IMG/VR virus record: IMGVR_UViG_3300031605_000016
Span: 1 to 32,305 of that record
Direction: 5' to 3' (one strand)
Source of the DNA: a virus
Lineage: Duplodnaviria; Caudoviricetes
Length of the DNA stretch: 32,305 bases
Position 1 is the first letter of the stretch. Every line of letters begins with the position of its first letter. Shown here one piece after another: positions 7,496 through 16,174 of this stretch. The position numbers and the translations under genes are program-made. The notes under the pieces were generated by a model. It worked only from the letters and a program-made list of their open reading frames with translations, was not told the origin of the DNA and did no database searches.

Positions 7496-9075
7496 CTTTT
7501 AGACTGAATAAAAAGCAAAGGGTAAAAGAAATATTAAAGTGTGGCAAGGATCCTGCTTACTTTTTGAAGACGTATGCGCGCATCTCTCATCCTCTGCGCG
7601 GTCTTATTTCCTTTAATACCTATAATTTTCAAGATAGTCTGCTGGCTGATTTTAATGATTATCGTTTTAACGCAATCCTTAAAGCGCGCCAACTTGGCAT
7701 CTCTACAATTACAGCCGGCTATATTGTCTGGATGATGCTTTTCCATCGCGACAAAGCAGTTCTTGTCATGGCTACTAAATTTGCAACTGCAGGTAACTTA
7801 GTCGGCAAAGTAAAAAAGATTATGAAGAATCTCCCAGACTGGATTCGAATAGCCAATATAGATATTGATAATCGCACTTCTTTCATTCTTTCTAATGGTT
7901 CTTCAATTAAAGCAGCCTCCACCTCTGGCGATGCCGGTAGATCGGAGGCGTTGTCACTTTTGGTTCTCGATGAGGCAGCCCATATCGAGGGGCTAGAAGG
8001 ATTGTGGACTGGGCTATATCCCACCCTTTCAACTGGTGGTCGATGTATCGCCCTCTCAACCCCTAATGGTGTGGGAAATTGGTTTCATAAAACCTGTGTA
8101 GGTGCTGAAGCCAGCACTAACGACTTTAATTTAACAACCTTAATGTGGGATGTACACCCAGAACGAGATTTAAAATGGTTTCAAAAAGAAACTAGAAATA
8201 TGTCTAAGCGCCAAATCGCGCAAGAGTTAGAATGTAATTTTAATACCTCTGGGGAAACTGTAATTGATTCTGATGATATAGGATGGCTTTTAAGTTGTGT
8301 TAAAGAACCAAAACACAGAACAGGCTTCGATAGGAATTTTTGGATTTGGGAGGAATATGTCCCTTCTTCAGATTATTTGATGGTGGCAGATGTCGCGCGC
8401 GGAGATGGTGAAGACTTTTCTGCATTTCACATAATTAAAATAGAAACATTAGAAGTGATAGGCGAATATCAAGGAAAACCAACTCCTGATATGTTTGCTA
8501 ATATGATAAATCAAGTCGGCCGAGAATTCGGCAATTGTATGCTGGTTGTGGAAAACAACAATATTGGCTACACAGTTCTTGATAAACTGATAGAATATGC
8601 TTATCCAAATTTATATTATTCAATTAAATCTACTCATGAATATATTGATCAGCATCAAGCCGAAAGCCACTCTGCTGCCGTCCCTGGTTTTTCTACTAGC
8701 GTAAGAACCCGACCTCTTATAATAGCGAAATTAGAAGAGTTTATAAGAAATAAACTAATTAAGTTATATTCATCGCGCACTGTTAACGAAATGAAAACTT
8801 TTATTTGGAGAAACGGCAAGCCACAGGCGATGAAGGGCTATCATGATGATCTTACAATGGCTTTAGCCATCGCTTGTTGGGTCCGAGACACAGCCCTTCA
8901 GATCAATGCCAGAAATTTAAATTACCAAAAGGCTTTTGTAAGCGCAATTATAACATCAAAAACTACCATAAATACACAAATCTCTGGCCAACATGGCTAT
9001 AAAAGAAATAATATTATGGACAAACAAGTTGAAGCTAAAGAATTATACGATCAATATAAATGGATTATAAAGTGA
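7492..9075 (+). CDS. terL: Terminase large subunit (T4 gp17-like)
   Basis: Walker A ILKARQLGIST, Walker B LLVLDEAAH, coupling motif STPNG, nuclease motifs ADVARGDGEDFS, VENN and HDDLTMALA. Confidence 0.95.
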   Translation: MTFRLNKKQRVKEILKCGKDPAYFLKTYARISHPLRGLISFNTYNFQDSLLADFNDYRFNAILKARQLGISTITAGYIVWMMLFHRDKAVLVMATKFATAGNLVGKVKKIMKNLPDWIRIANIDIDNRTSFILSNGSSIKAASTSGDAGRSEALSLLVLDEAAHIEGLEGLWTGLYPTLSTGGRCIALSTPNGVGNWFHKTCVGAEASTNDFNLTTLMWDVHPERDLKWFQKETRNMSKRQIAQELECNFNTSGETVIDSDDIGWLLSCVKEPKHRTGFDRNFWIWEEYVPSSDYLMVADVARGDGEDFSAFHIIKIETLEVIGEYQGKPTPDMFANMINQVGREFGNCMLVVENNNIGYTVLDKLIEYAYPNLYYSIKSTHEYIDQHQAESHSAAVPGFSTSVRTRPLIIAKLEEFIRNKLIKLYSSRTVNEMKTFIWRNGKPQAMKGYHDDLTMALAIACWVRDTALQINARNLNYQKAFVSAIITSKTTINTQISGQHGYKRNNIMDKQVEAKELYDQYKWIIK

Positions 9076-9083
9076 GAAAATAG

Positions 9084-11102
9084 ATGGCACGCAACAGAAA
9101 AGGGAAAAACCCCGCTAACGCACAATCAGAGCTTTTTAAAGCATTAACACGCTTGTTTTCTGGTCCTATCATTAGCTACAGATCACAGTCCGGAAGGAGA
9201 ATTAGACGACAGCACCTGGATAAGTTCGGTTCTAAGTTTAAATCGGCTTCAGGTCAACAGTTTAAAAAGTCTCTTTATAACCCGCTGGACGTCATAGCTA
9301 CCGATGCTATAGCAAATCAACGTCGAACTGAGCGTTATGTTGACTTCGATCAGATGGAATACATGCCAGAAATCGCATCATCACTTGATATTTATGCTGA
9401 TGAGATGACGACATATTCAGAATTGAGACCTATGCTTAATGTGAAATGCTCAAATGAAGAAATCAAAGCTGTCTTAACTATTCTTTATGATCAGGTATTA
9501 AACATTCAATATAATCTTTTTGGATGGAGCCGCACAATGTGCAAATATGGAGACTTTTTTCTGTATTTGGATATTGACGATAAGTATGGTGTAAAGTCTG
9601 TTATTGCCCTTCCTTCTCAAGAGATTGAGCGCTTAGAAGGGAAAGATTCCACAAACCCGAATTACGTACAATTTCAGTGGAACTCTGCCGGCATGACGTT
9701 TGAAAATTGGCAGATGTGCCATTTTCGTATTTTAGGAAATAATAAGTATATGCCGTATGGTTCTTCGATTATGGAACCCGCCCGCCGCATCTGGCGCCAA
9801 CTTACGCTAATGGAAGATGCTATGATGGCTTATCGAATTGTTCGTTCGTCTGAAAGGCGAGTGTTCAAGATAGATGTTGGAGCAATTCCACCACAAGATG
9901 TAGAACAATATATGGAAAAGGTTGTTTCTCAATTGAAAAGACATTCTGTTGTAGATCCTAAAACAGGACATATTGATCTTCGATACAACCCTATGAGCAT
10001 TGAAGAAGATTATTTCATTCCTGTGCGAGCAGGAAGTGTGACAGACATTCAAAATCTTGCTGGCGGCACCAATACTACACAGATTGATGACATCAAATAT
10101 CTCAGAGACAAACTGTTCTCGGCTCTCAAGGTTCCAGCAGCATATCTTTCAATGGGCGAAGAAGCAGCCGAAGACAAGACAACATTAGCACAAAAAGATA
10201 TTCGCTTTGCGAGGACGGTGCAGAGATTACAAAGAGTTATTATTGCTGAACTAACTAAGGTCGGCATTATTCACCTTTATACACTCGGTTTCCGTGGAGA
10301 CGATTTATTGAGTTTTAGTTTAACATTAAACAATCCTTCAAAAATCGCTGAACTTCAAGAACTAGAACATTGGAAGCAAAAATTTGATATTGCTGGTTCT
10401 GCAACCGAAGGGTTTTTCTCTCGACGTTGGGTAATGGAACATATTTTTGGAATGTCGAACGAAGAATTTGTTCGTAATCAGCGCGAAATGTATTATGACC
10501 GTAAACAAGATGCCGCGTTACAGGCAGTTGCTGAAGCAGCCGCAGCCAATGCTGCAGGTGCTATGGGCGATATAGGCGATATGGGCGGCGACATAGGTGA
10601 TCTAGGCGGGGATATGGGCGACCTAGGTGCCCCTGGCGGCCCAGAAGAAATTCCAGCCGGCAACGTAGGGGCTGATGATCTTGGGGGCGGCGAGCCGGCT
10701 CCAGCAGGAGCAGAGGGTGAATCTCCCTTATTAGCAGTTCCCCCTGGCTCTCGTAATTCTCCCCGCACTTATGGACGAGGCGAACGCTATTATGCTAAAA
10801 ACGGACGAAACGATAAGCGCTCGGGTACAGGTCCACGCTCGCGTTCAATGAAAGCATCTGCTGGTCAAAAGGCCAGCCCAGGAATGAGAAATATCTTCCC
10901 TGGTGCCGAAATAAATACTCTTGCTAAACCAATTGGTGCAAACGTAGGTATTTATGAAGGCGAGCCATCTATTTATAAATTGAGAGAACAAACAGAAGAA
11001 GATAGGTTATTTGAAGTTAACGAATCAATTCGTTCTCTACTTGAAGGACTAGAAGCTAAAAACAATACAATGTTGGAGCAAAAGAATGAAAATAAAGCAT
11101 AA
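9084..11102 (+). CDS. gp20: Portal protein (T4 gp20-like) with a long low-complexity C-terminal extension
   Basis: EDAMMAYRIVRSSERRVFKIDVG, EEDYFIPVR and IDDIKYLRDKLFSALKVP match T4 gp20-family motifs; follows terL. Confidence 0.93.
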   Translation: MARNRKGKNPANAQSELFKALTRLFSGPIISYRSQSGRRIRRQHLDKFGSKFKSASGQQFKKSLYNPLDVIATDAIANQRRTERYVDFDQMEYMPEIASSLDIYADEMTTYSELRPMLNVKCSNEEIKAVLTILYDQVLNIQYNLFGWSRTMCKYGDFFLYLDIDDKYGVKSVIALPSQEIERLEGKDSTNPNYVQFQWNSAGMTFENWQMCHFRILGNNKYMPYGSSIMEPARRIWRQLTLMEDAMMAYRIVRSSERRVFKIDVGAIPPQDVEQYMEKVVSQLKRHSVVDPKTGHIDLRYNPMSIEEDYFIPVRAGSVTDIQNLAGGTNTTQIDDIKYLRDKLFSALKVPAAYLSMGEEAAEDKTTLAQKDIRFARTVQRLQRVIIAELTKVGIIHLYTLGFRGDDLLSFSLTLNNPSKIAELQELEHWKQKFDIAGSATEGFFSRRWVMEHIFGMSNEEFVRNQREMYYDRKQDAALQAVAEAAAANAAGAMGDIGDMGGDIGDLGGDMGDLGAPGGPEEIPAGNVGADDLGGGEPAPAGAEGESPLLAVPPGSRNSPRTYGRGERYYAKNGRNDKRSGTGPRSRSMKASAGQKASPGMRNIFPGAEINTLAKPIGANVGIYEGEPSIYKLREQTEEDRLFEVNESIRSLLEGLEAKNNTMLEQKNENKA

Positions 11103-11916
11103 TAAAAAAAGAAATACTGCATTTGTTTATGAAGCGCTCGTGAGAGAAGCGACAGTTGCTATTCTCCGAAAAGAGCACAAAAAAAGAGATAAAGTAATTT
11201 CTATTATTAAGAAACATTTCAAACCTTCAAGCCTGCTGGTGCAGGATTTACAGTGTTATCGTTCTTTATATGAGAATCAGAGTCTGGATGAACAGACTGC
11301 CGAAAAGATTTTTAAAGAAGTTCGAATGCAGAAAATGATAATTGATCCTAATGGGCTCTTTAAACAGCAAACTGAATTGATTCACGATATCAATAAAGAG
11401 GTATCTCCAAGTGTTTACAATAATTTTGTGCCAAATTATAGAACTTTGGCCACTATTGATCAGATGTTTTCTTCCAAGACCTCCCCCAAAAATAAGGTTA
11501 TTTTAGAGAGGGAGATCGTTGGGCAGATGAGACAAGACGGTGATCCACAAAAATCTATGAAACCAGTTGATGATATCACTTATAAGATCTTTGTTAACAA
11601 GTTCAATGACAAATACCAGACTACACTCTTGAAAGAACAGAAAGAATTGCTTACTCATTATATTGCTTCTTTTGCTGACAATGGGATGGGACTTAAGATA
11701 TTCTTAAATTCTGAAATTGGTAGGCTTAAGGAATGTATCGAGAAAGCACGTACACTAGAAGATCTTAAAGACGATGACGAAATGTTAACAAAATCGAAGC
11801 AGATAATCGAAAAACTACAGTCGTTTGCTAAAGAGGGTATTAACGAAAACATTTTGATGACAGTTCTTAAGACACAATCATTGGTCGAGGAAATTTATAA
11901 TGGCGATAACAATTAG
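11086..11916 (+). CDS. Hypothetical helical head-module protein
   Basis: GGAG RBS; 276 aa; lies between portal and protease; several L-x-E sites. Confidence 0.8.
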   Translation: MKIKHNKKRNTAFVYEALVREATVAILRKEHKKRDKVISIIKKHFKPSSLLVQDLQCYRSLYENQSLDEQTAEKIFKEVRMQKMIIDPNGLFKQQTELIHDINKEVSPSVYNNFVPNYRTLATIDQMFSSKTSPKNKVILEREIVGQMRQDGDPQKSMKPVDDITYKIFVNKFNDKYQTTLLKEQKELLTHYIASFADNGMGLKIFLNSEIGRLKECIEKARTLEDLKDDDEMLTKSKQIIEKLQSFAKEGINENILMTVLKTQSLVEEIYNGDNN

Positions 11917-12439
11917 AGTTGGCAATGAAGCCAATAAAAAATTAGTCACTCTTGAAATGGATATTCGTAAGAGTCTCAGCGGAGACCTTATGATTTTTGA
12001 TCATGGGGACATTGATATTGTGTTATCAACACAGCAAAACAAAGTCATTGCTTTTCCTAAAGAAGTAATCTCAGATTACGTTTACGGAGCACAAAATCGT
12101 TTATTTACCTTTTTAAGAAAAAGAGGCGTTGTAATACCAGAATCAATTCAAGCAGGCTCCTTTTATGGTTCTTTTGAAGCGACAATGGAGACACCTGCTA
12201 ATGAAGATATGAGCGCTGCCAAGTTAACTTTGGTAAATATTTCCAATTTTATCACCGAAGAACGCCCTTATTTTGAATCAACAGAAGCAATTATATCGAT
12301 GACCGACGACGAATTCATAGATCCAGACAAAGAAGACTCTACAGAACTTGGAGAAGTACCACAGGAAGTCAGCCAGGGCTCACTACGCAAAGGCTTCGTG
12401 AGGGATCCTTACGCAATGAATTATCTGTATACAATATAG
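11900..12439 (+). CDS. Hypothetical head-module protein
   Basis: GAGG RBS; 179 aa; overlaps the upstream gene. Confidence 0.8.
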   Translation: MAITIRVGNEANKKLVTLEMDIRKSLSGDLMIFDHGDIDIVLSTQQNKVIAFPKEVISDYVYGAQNRLFTFLRKRGVVIPESIQAGSFYGSFEATMETPANEDMSAAKLTLVNISNFITEERPYFESTEAIISMTDDEFIDPDKEDSTELGEVPQEVSQGSLRKGFVRDPYAMNYLYTI

Positions 12440-12448
12440 GGTTTAAAA

Positions 12449-12904
12449 ATGTCTGATATGAAATTAATTATGGAGAATTGGCGTTCAAGTTTTCTTATTG
12501 AGGAAGGCTTAGAAACTGTTGGAGATTTGATCAAAGTAATCAAAATAGTCAAAAGAGATAAAACTTTAAAGGCCGGCGGCAAACTTATGGCTAAGTTGGC
12601 CACGGCAGGCTTGACCGATGTCGCTGATTTTATAGGGGGAGCATTAGATGCAGGGGGCTTCGCAGCAGCGCTGTATGGTGGTGATTTATCTAACAAAAAA
12701 CAACCCGTAGGTTTGCAATCGATTGCTATAGACCCTGATGTTTCTAGAATTGTTGATAATGATATTGAAAAGGCTTTTTTAAAATATTTGTCAAAGGAAC
12801 TAGAACAGATAGATCCAAACACTAGTTTAAATAATATAGATACTACAAAAATGTTACAAGATTTTATAGCCGCTAATTTTAATAGTAAAACGGTAAAAGA
12901 ATGA
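12449..12904 (+). CDS. Hypothetical protein with MKLIMENWR leader; putative internal head protein
   Basis: 151 aa; the leader ends in LIEEG. Confidence 0.75.
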   Translation: MSDMKLIMENWRSSFLIEEGLETVGDLIKVIKIVKRDKTLKAGGKLMAKLATAGLTDVADFIGGALDAGGFAAALYGGDLSNKKQPVGLQSIAIDPDVSRIVDNDIEKAFLKYLSKELEQIDPNTSLNNIDTTKMLQDFIAANFNSKTVKE

Positions 12905-13239
12905 CAGAATTAATAATTTTTATATTAAGCGCCTATGGGTTGACGCAGGGAATTATATATGGATCCATATTTAATGGAATAAGACCGACCAAGGGAAAAC
13001 TTGGAGAGTTGTTTAAATGCCCAATGTGCATGGGTTTTCACGTTGGTTGGTTTTTGGTGCTACTTTCTCCGTTTACAGAACTATTTAGTTTTGACGTTAG
13101 TCTAATCAATTTCCTCCTTCTTGGAGCCTTGTCCTCCGGAACATCTTATATTTTCAATATGGTGTTTGGAGATAACGGAATAAAACATTCGCAAACTATG
13201 GAGATAACTAATAATGAAGATCACGAAGAAACAGCTTAG
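12901..13239 (+). CDS. Membrane protein with a CPMC motif (DUF1360-like)
   Basis: Hydrophobic segments around GELFKCPMCMGFHVG resemble the LxCPxC-containing DUF1360 pattern; ATGA overlap. Confidence 0.65.
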   Translation: MTELIIFILSAYGLTQGIIYGSIFNGIRPTKGKLGELFKCPMCMGFHVGWFLVLLSPFTELFSFDVSLINFLLLGALSSGTSYIFNMVFGDNGIKHSQTMEITNNEDHEETA

Positions 13240-13510
13240 GCAAATCATTGCTGAAGAAATAAGAGTGGTTACTGAAGGCAACCTTAGACCCGCTGTAGCC
13301 TCCGTTCTCAAATTGATGCAGACAAATCCCCGAGTAGCCCAATATATCACCGCTATTAAAGCTGATCCTACTATGCGCGCCCAATTTTTGGCTAGCATGA
13401 ATCAATTAATGGGCGTAGAAGACGCTAGCAAAGAAACGAGCAGAGTGCGCAGTCAGCAGCGCGCCCTTGCGCCCGCAGCCGCCCCAACCCCGGAGCCCGA
13501 ACAACAATGA
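13214..13510 (+). CDS. Hypothetical protein with MKITKKQLRQIIAEE leader
   Basis: GGAGA RBS; leader shared with the ORFs at 4540 and 4950; Ala/Pro-rich tail. Confidence 0.75.
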   Translation: MKITKKQLRQIIAEEIRVVTEGNLRPAVASVLKLMQTNPRVAQYITAIKADPTMRAQFLASMNQLMGVEDASKETSRVRSQQRALAPAAAPTPEPEQQ

Positions 13511-13605
13511 ACAATACATGGACAAAGAAGTGGATGCTTCAACCAGTTAGACTTTGTAAATCTGGCTGCTCAATCACGCCGGTAGCGCCGGCACTAAAGA
13601 GATAA
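13507..13605 (+). CDS. Small Cys-containing peptide (32 aa), not in the ORF track
   Basis: ATGA overlap; MNNTWTKKWMLQPVRLCKSGCSITPVAPALKR; fills the gap before the protease gene. Confidence 0.55.
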   Translation: MNNTWTKKWMLQPVRLCKSGCSITPVAPALKR

Positions 13606-13616
13606 AAGGTTAAAAA

Positions 13617-14219
13617 ATGAAAAAAGTATTACGAGAATATTATGCACTGTGCGAAGGTGGTGTTTGTAAAGACCTTCTCACTGAACAGGAGAAACAATAT
13701 GTCGCTGATGGCGGCATGATTTTGTCTGGAGTAATGCAAAGAGCAGATACAGTTAATGGAAATGGCCGCGTATATCCACACAACGTTCTTATAAAAGAGA
13801 TGAAGAATTACCAGAAGCTTGTCAAAGAAAACAGAGCGTTAGGAGAACTTGATCATCCGGAAGATTCGGTCATCAATCTTAAAAATGCTTCACATATGAT
13901 TACTGAAGTGTGGTGGGATAACAAAAACGTAATGGGCAAAGCCAAAGTTCTTGATACTCCATCTGGAAAAATCCTCCGTTCTCTTGTGGATTCTGGCGTG
14001 ACGCTAGGTATTTCATCGAGAGGAATGGGATCTGTTACAGAAAGCAACGGACAAACCACAGTTGAAGAAGATTTCCAACTTATTTGTTTTGATTTTGTTT
14101 CTGAGCCATCGACACCTGGCGCTTTTATGATGAAAGAAGCCAAAGATTATAATAACGTAGTATTTACTAAAGCAGATCGCATTAACAGATTGTTAAATGA
14201 GGTATTGGAAGATGAGTGA
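13617..14219 (+). CDS. gp21: Prohead core protease (T4 gp21-like)
   Basis: QRADTVNGNGRVYP, ALGELDHP, SH, DTPSG, GISSRGMGS (catalytic Ser region) and DFVSEPS. Confidence 0.95.
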   Translation: MKKVLREYYALCEGGVCKDLLTEQEKQYVADGGMILSGVMQRADTVNGNGRVYPHNVLIKEMKNYQKLVKENRALGELDHPEDSVINLKNASHMITEVWWDNKNVMGKAKVLDTPSGKILRSLVDSGVTLGISSRGMGSVTESNGQTTVEEDFQLICFDFVSEPSTPGAFMMKEAKDYNNVVFTKADRINRLLNEVLEDE

Positions 14220-15477
14220 ATGGTCAAGTTATGAAGACCACCAAAAGCTAACTGAGAGTTGGCTCAAATTCGCAACCCAAAAGCGCCCATTAAACGAGCG
14301 CCGGTGGAGTGGCCACGCTATGGGACTCGACATCCCCACCAAAGCGCCCACCACCACCGAACCCGCCGAAGTTCCAGATCCCCCAGAAGAGTGCCCGGCA
14401 ACCACTGAGGAAATGTCAGGTTCAGTAGAGAAACTACAGCATCTGATCACAACCCACGCTGCTTTTTACGAGAAAGTGACCAACGGACTGAAGGGCCACC
14501 CCCATCGAGATCGATATGGCAGCGCCCACGGGCAATGGGTTGATGTAGTCAACGAGGCCAATAATGATCAATTGGCGCTCGCCGACATTAAAAAGCTTAT
14601 AGACGGCGGCTGCTACGAATTTGCAGCACACCAAATTATATCTCCTTTAAGTGATGTTGATAGCCTTAAACAGGCGGCTACCGATGAGACGGACAATCAT
14701 ACCGTAAGAGTGGCCATCGACAATTGGCTTGGCTTATACAAACTGGGCGAAAGCCTCCTTGGTGCTGCCCCCGCGCCAACGCCAGCCACGACCGCACCAA
14801 CACCTACTGACATCTCTGACGACGACGACAACCCCTCCGCAGACATTCTCACTGACCTCCCACCAGATACCGTCGCCCCAACCCCGTCGCCCGTCGATGA
14901 GCCCGCTGGCACAGAAGATGATCCCCCATTCGCCCCACCAGCACGAAGACCCTGGCTCGAAGAGACTGACGACGGCATTCAGTTAAATTTAGTGGATTTT
15001 ATAAGAGAAATAGCAGAGACAACAAACCCAGGTGTCAATGATTTTTCACCACCCAACCCCGATGGCTACGACGCCAGCGATCTGCCGGAGTGGCCAGTGG
15101 TCGAATGGGGTATGAATTTATTTCGTCTCCTCACCCTCGGCACCGAGAAACCCCAGTCCATTATTGATATCGATGGCCCCCGTCTCCAGGAAGTGCTTCG
15201 CACCCTCGACGCGCAAACCGTACTTGGCACGCTGCAAAATTTGACGGCTGAAGCATATGGCAGACTAGATGAAGCAGGCGCCTTCAATGAAGGCATCGTG
15301 GTAAAAGTCAATCTTCAAGCAACCGATCCGCCCGACACGCCTGCCGGGGAAAAACCGTCGACCGACATTTTTGCTGGCAAAGACCAGCAAAAAAACAGTT
15401 TGAATTTGAGACTTAGAGAATCAACGCTTAATAGATGGCAAATACTTGCCGGCATTAAAAAACCGAGAGTAATATGA
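14212..15477 (+). CDS. Acidic Pro/Thr-rich hypothetical protein with a scaffold-like C-terminal tag
   Basis: Likely start is the ATG at 14212 after GAGG; GC-rich body; ends LRESTLNRWQILAGIKK. Confidence 0.75.
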   Translation: MSEWSSYEDHQKLTESWLKFATQKRPLNERRWSGHAMGLDIPTKAPTTTEPAEVPDPPEECPATTEEMSGSVEKLQHLITTHAAFYEKVTNGLKGHPHRDRYGSAHGQWVDVVNEANNDQLALADIKKLIDGGCYEFAAHQIISPLSDVDSLKQAATDETDNHTVRVAIDNWLGLYKLGESLLGAAPAPTPATTAPTPTDISDDDDNPSADILTDLPPDTVAPTPSPVDEPAGTEDDPPFAPPARRPWLEETDDGIQLNLVDFIREIAETTNPGVNDFSPPNPDGYDASDLPEWPVVEWGMNLFRLLTLGTEKPQSIIDIDGPRLQEVLRTLDAQTVLGTLQNLTAEAYGRLDEAGAFNEGIVVKVNLQATDPPDTPAGEKPSTDIFAGKDQQKNSLNLRLRESTLNRWQILAGIKKPRVI

Positions 15478-15896
15478 AAAAATCAGATTTGAAAGAATTA
15501 ATCAAGCCTTTAGTTAAAGAATGTATTCATGAAGTTCTTTTAGAAGAAGGTCTATTGTCAAATATCGTATCGGAAGTAGCAAAAGGAATGCAAGGTAATT
15601 TAATCGTCGAGACAAAACAGAAACCAACTCGTTCTTTTGTTGATGAAGACGTGCGAATTAAAAGACAAACAGAAATAACAAATAGCAAACTTAAAACACA
15701 CCGAAAGAAACTAATGGAGTCCATCGGCGCTGATGCGTATAATGGAGTGAATTTGTTTGAGGGTACAGACCCTATGACAACCCAAGAGGCTTCAGGTCAA
15801 AAACAGGGTTCCGTTGATTTAGGCAATCCTACTGATGCTGGTGTGGATATCAGTTCTCTACTTGGCTCATCTAAACTTTGGAAAGCAATGAAATGA
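15474..15896 (+). CDS. Hypothetical head-associated protein with an MKKSDLKELIKPLVKE leader
   Basis: ATGA overlaps at both ends; many L/I-x-E sites. Confidence 0.8.
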   Translation: MKKSDLKELIKPLVKECIHEVLLEEGLLSNIVSEVAKGMQGNLIVETKQKPTRSFVDEDVRIKRQTEITNSKLKTHRKKLMESIGADAYNGVNLFEGTDPMTTQEASGQKQGSVDLGNPTDAGVDISSLLGSSKLWKAMK

Positions 15897-16138
15897 AGAA
15901 AGGATCTAATATATCAGTTAACTTACGACAGTGTGGAAACAACACTGAAAAAATGATTCGTAAATTTATAAAGAAATGTAAGAAAGAAAGGATTGTTGAG
16001 GAAGCGAGAGATCGTCGTTATTATAAAAAGCCTTCTGATGCTAAACGTGAAAAGCGCAGACGAGCAGAAAGAACGCGCCTTCGTGAAGAAAGAAAGAGAC
16101 AAAGAATGATAGAAATCCGCAATAGAAAAAATAGATGA
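15893..16138 (+). CDS. rpsU: Phage-encoded ribosomal protein bS21
   Basis: Matches the bS21 pattern V.LR...EKMIRKFIKKCKKE.IVEE.RDRRYYKKPS..KR.KRR.A; very basic; likely start is the ATG at 15893 (ATGA overlap). Confidence 0.88.
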   Translation: MKKGSNISVNLRQCGNNTEKMIRKFIKKCKKERIVEEARDRRYYKKPSDAKREKRRRAERTRLREERKRQRMIEIRNRKNR

Positions 16139-16145
16139 CTATTTA
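16138..16145 (+). promoter_or_regulatory. Putative late promoter motif ACTATTTA
   Basis: Recurring motif, about 30 nt before the ATG at 16175. Confidence 0.6.
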
Positions 16146-16174
16146 TATTTGTAAACAAAATTGGAGGTTTTATA

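Noticed and set aside
13561-13592. Selenoprotein with a SECIS element
   Set aside because: The codon here is TCA (Ser), not TGA, and the hairpin loop is closer than is typical for a bacterial SECIS. Kept only as a check to run on relatives.
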